From Neoconidiobolus thromboides FSU 785 (lineage: Eukaryota; Fungi; Entomophthoromycota): a stretch of DNA of 64,000 nucleotides. This document shows positions 61,231-64,000 of the stretch, one piece after another. The notes under the pieces are model-generated. The model was not told the origin of the DNA and did not search any database. It saw only the letters and a list, made by a program, of their open reading frames with translations. The stretch spans positions 124,001 to 188,000 of the forward strand of contig MU626266.1 of NCBI GenBank assembly GCA_025603075.1, in the 5' to 3' direction. Made by a program: the position numbers and the translations under genes. Within the stretch, counting starts at the first letter, position 1. Each line of letters starts with the position of its first letter.

Positions 61231-64000
61231 TCTCTAATTTAGTATTTAGTATTTAGCTTTCTTCAAGCATACTTATGATTTTTATTTTTTATATAATTTT
61301 TATAGATAATTTTAATATACATCTCAGAAGCCATTGACCTTTAAAATTTAAAGCAATTTATTGTTACAAAATATTCACATTTCTAATTATTTTAACTATT
61401 TTAGAAATAAAGCTGATTTTACACCGATTTATAATTAAATAAAAAGTTGGTTATGAAATGCTGGGACGTGGTATATTTATTCAGGTATGGTTTATTCTGA
61501 TATGTTTTCACTATAAGGTGAGATGTTAACAGAGAAAGATGTGTGCTTTTTAAATTTACAAGAGGATTTATGTTCAATTTTGTTTCAGTAACTTGAACCA
61601 TTATGTGATGTTTGATGTTTAATAATAAAAAAACCTTAAAAATTCATATATAGACTCATATATTATAAATCACTTTAAATTCTTTTTATAAATGATACAA
61701 TTTAAACACAATTAAAATTCTTTACTGATCCCATTTTTAGCTTTTAATATATATGTTAAGTTAAAATTTCATGTAATATACGATATCATTATTTATTTCA
61801 TGAACTAATTAGTGCCGTTTTTTAGACTTAAATATTAAACATTATGATTTATAAAACCAGTCTTTATATGCGACTATTATTTTTGTTCCAGTATTTACCA
61901 AATATAGTTCGGCTTATGCCTGATTTAGAAAGCTTTCATCAGATAGTCTCCTTTTCTTCCCATTGTAAAGTCTTACCTCCTCTCTTCTCTTTTCCTATTT
62001 AACATATATTCCCGAAACAAAACACTATTCGTTTCGGATAAGGATAAAAAACACTTTATGTTATATAAAAACGAACACAAATAAATGATACTAAAAAATA
62101 AAGTCCCAATTTATCTCAAATAATAAAAATACTATACTTTATATACCAATTACTCTTTTGTTATCAAATTATAGCTAAAATTTTTAGCACCATATGGGTG
62201 AAATAATATTATACAGAAAATATATATGAAAAAGGATAACTATTAAGCAATAATTTATTTGATCATTAAAGTGATTTCAGTATTTTGTTTAGCCTTGGTT
62301 TTACCACGCATTTCATATTTTTATATTGTTTCCTTAGTTTGCAGAAGATAGTCTCGAACTTAGTTCAATTTCTGGCATAGCATTACCTATAAAGCTATAT
62401 TGATTCCAGAATAAATATCAAACTGCCTACTGGAACCTCTTCTTCAAGCTTTGACTTTAAATCTACTCTTCAACTTTTTATATGTCTTAATTAGTAGTAG
62501 TTGAAAAATAGGATCAAGGCAGAAGGGTATGAAATTGAATATTTTAGGCAATGCTGATCCTATGCAGGCCAAACATCTAAGTACTCATTGGATAACCTAG
62601 TGAAGCTGGTATGTATTCGTGTAACAACACTAAAGTATATGTTAGGATCATAATAAATGAGCATAATGCTCTAAATGAAAGTCAAATTATCTATGTAAAA
62701 ATTTACCAAAAGCTAAGTCCTTAATCCCATTTTTGTTATACTTTTCATAGTCTTATTAGGTGTTTCTATTCTTCTAAAAAACATACTTTTCAATAATAAC
62801 CATAATTTTGTCTAATTTGATCTCAACCAAAATTATGATAATTATCAAGTCATTATGATAATGGTATGAATAAGCTAAAATACCAGTAAATTGAAGGCTC
62901 TAGTACAACTTTTATTAGAGCTAGAAACATAATATCACCCATTTTCAACATACCCAAGTTTTCTAAGAACTACTTATGAAATTTAATAGACATTTAGATT
63001 ATCTTAGTCATGTATTCTGATAAAATTGTAGCAAAAGTAAACAATCTGTCAAAAGTATAATTTAGTATAATGTTTCTATCATTTCAATGTTGTTTTTTTT
63101 CTGTGGAATAGTTTGTTGTAACTTAATAGCAACACAACCATTAAAGAAGGGATGTAATGAAGAGGAAATGAAAGGTACAGTTTAATAAACAAACATATTA
63201 TTGCACTTAGCGACTCGGTGTACCTTTTTATCTATAAACAAGTTATATGTAGCTATATATTACAGTATCATATGGCTTTTTGTAAACATAGTGAAACACA
63301 ATTAATCAATTGCCACCAATGGATATATGAAAATTACAATTAATATATATGATATCAATCTGTCGAAAGCACTATATTAAAGCATATTATTGTCACTACA
63401 AGCAAAAACGCAAAGTAGACACGGATTTTTGATATTACTGGGGAGTAATATGAGTAAATATATTCATATTCTGGATCTATACTCATATTTTAAAAGGCAG
63501 GTGTTAAAATTGTAAATAAATCATACATTTTTTAGCCCCATTTTTATTCTCCTGGCTTTGAGATTTTATATTCCTTATTCGTGCTTGTAGGTAGTTACAA
63601 TACTTTATTACATAAATAAAATTTCGGTGAACTTTTATTGCTCCATTTCATATCGGCTCAAAATAACGTACTTATTTAGCTATTAAATACTTCATGACTA
63701 TTGGAAAATAAATATTATATCACTATAGTATTCAATTAAGTTTTAAATTTAATATTTACTGTGTTAAATTTCAAATAGAGGTAAAAAAATATCATGAAAT
63801 TAACCAATTATTAAAGTTAGACTAAGTGTAAACTAAAGGTTTTTTAAAACCTTTTATAAAGTTCAATTTCCCGACTATTAGGCCTCAAATCTTCTTGGTC
63901 ATCATAATATTTCTTTTTTGTATCACGTACTTACTTTTTAGCCATTTAGTTACTTATAATCAAATGTACTTGAATTTCCAAATATTATTTTTGTATCGTT

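Noticed and set aside
63447-63489. 10-bp inverted repeat aatatgagta/tactcatatt
   Set aside because: Single short AT-rich hairpin, plausible by chance

Overview
AT-rich eukaryotic (fungal) nuclear DNA with short GT-AG introns of about 45-65 nt. Gene content and decayed F-box/LRR, 7TM and S41 genes suggest an early-diverging fungus, Conidiobolus-like (inference). Intact genes sit in tight islands: UNC80-like (runs off the left edge) with NDUFA2; METTL15/RsmH, CENP-C and cystathionine beta-lyase; two duplicated MCT-type MFS transporters and a forkhead factor; a Myb-like+U-box gene with mitochondrial EF-Tu; RPA34, cyclin H and a DHA2 MFS; 14-3-3; tRNA-Met; and one orphan ORF. The spacers hold pseudogene relics and about 31 copies of one ~100-bp terminal-inverted-repeat element (MITE-A, GGGGATG...CATCCCC) with a 4-bp target-site duplication, mostly ATAT. 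One copy sits inside an S41 peptidase pseudogene, and removing it restores the reading frame. Three other TIR element types are also present. No transposase gene was seen. All alignments and family calls were made by eye from remembered motifs; no search or computation was run, and exon edges and degenerate repeat ends may be off by a few bases.
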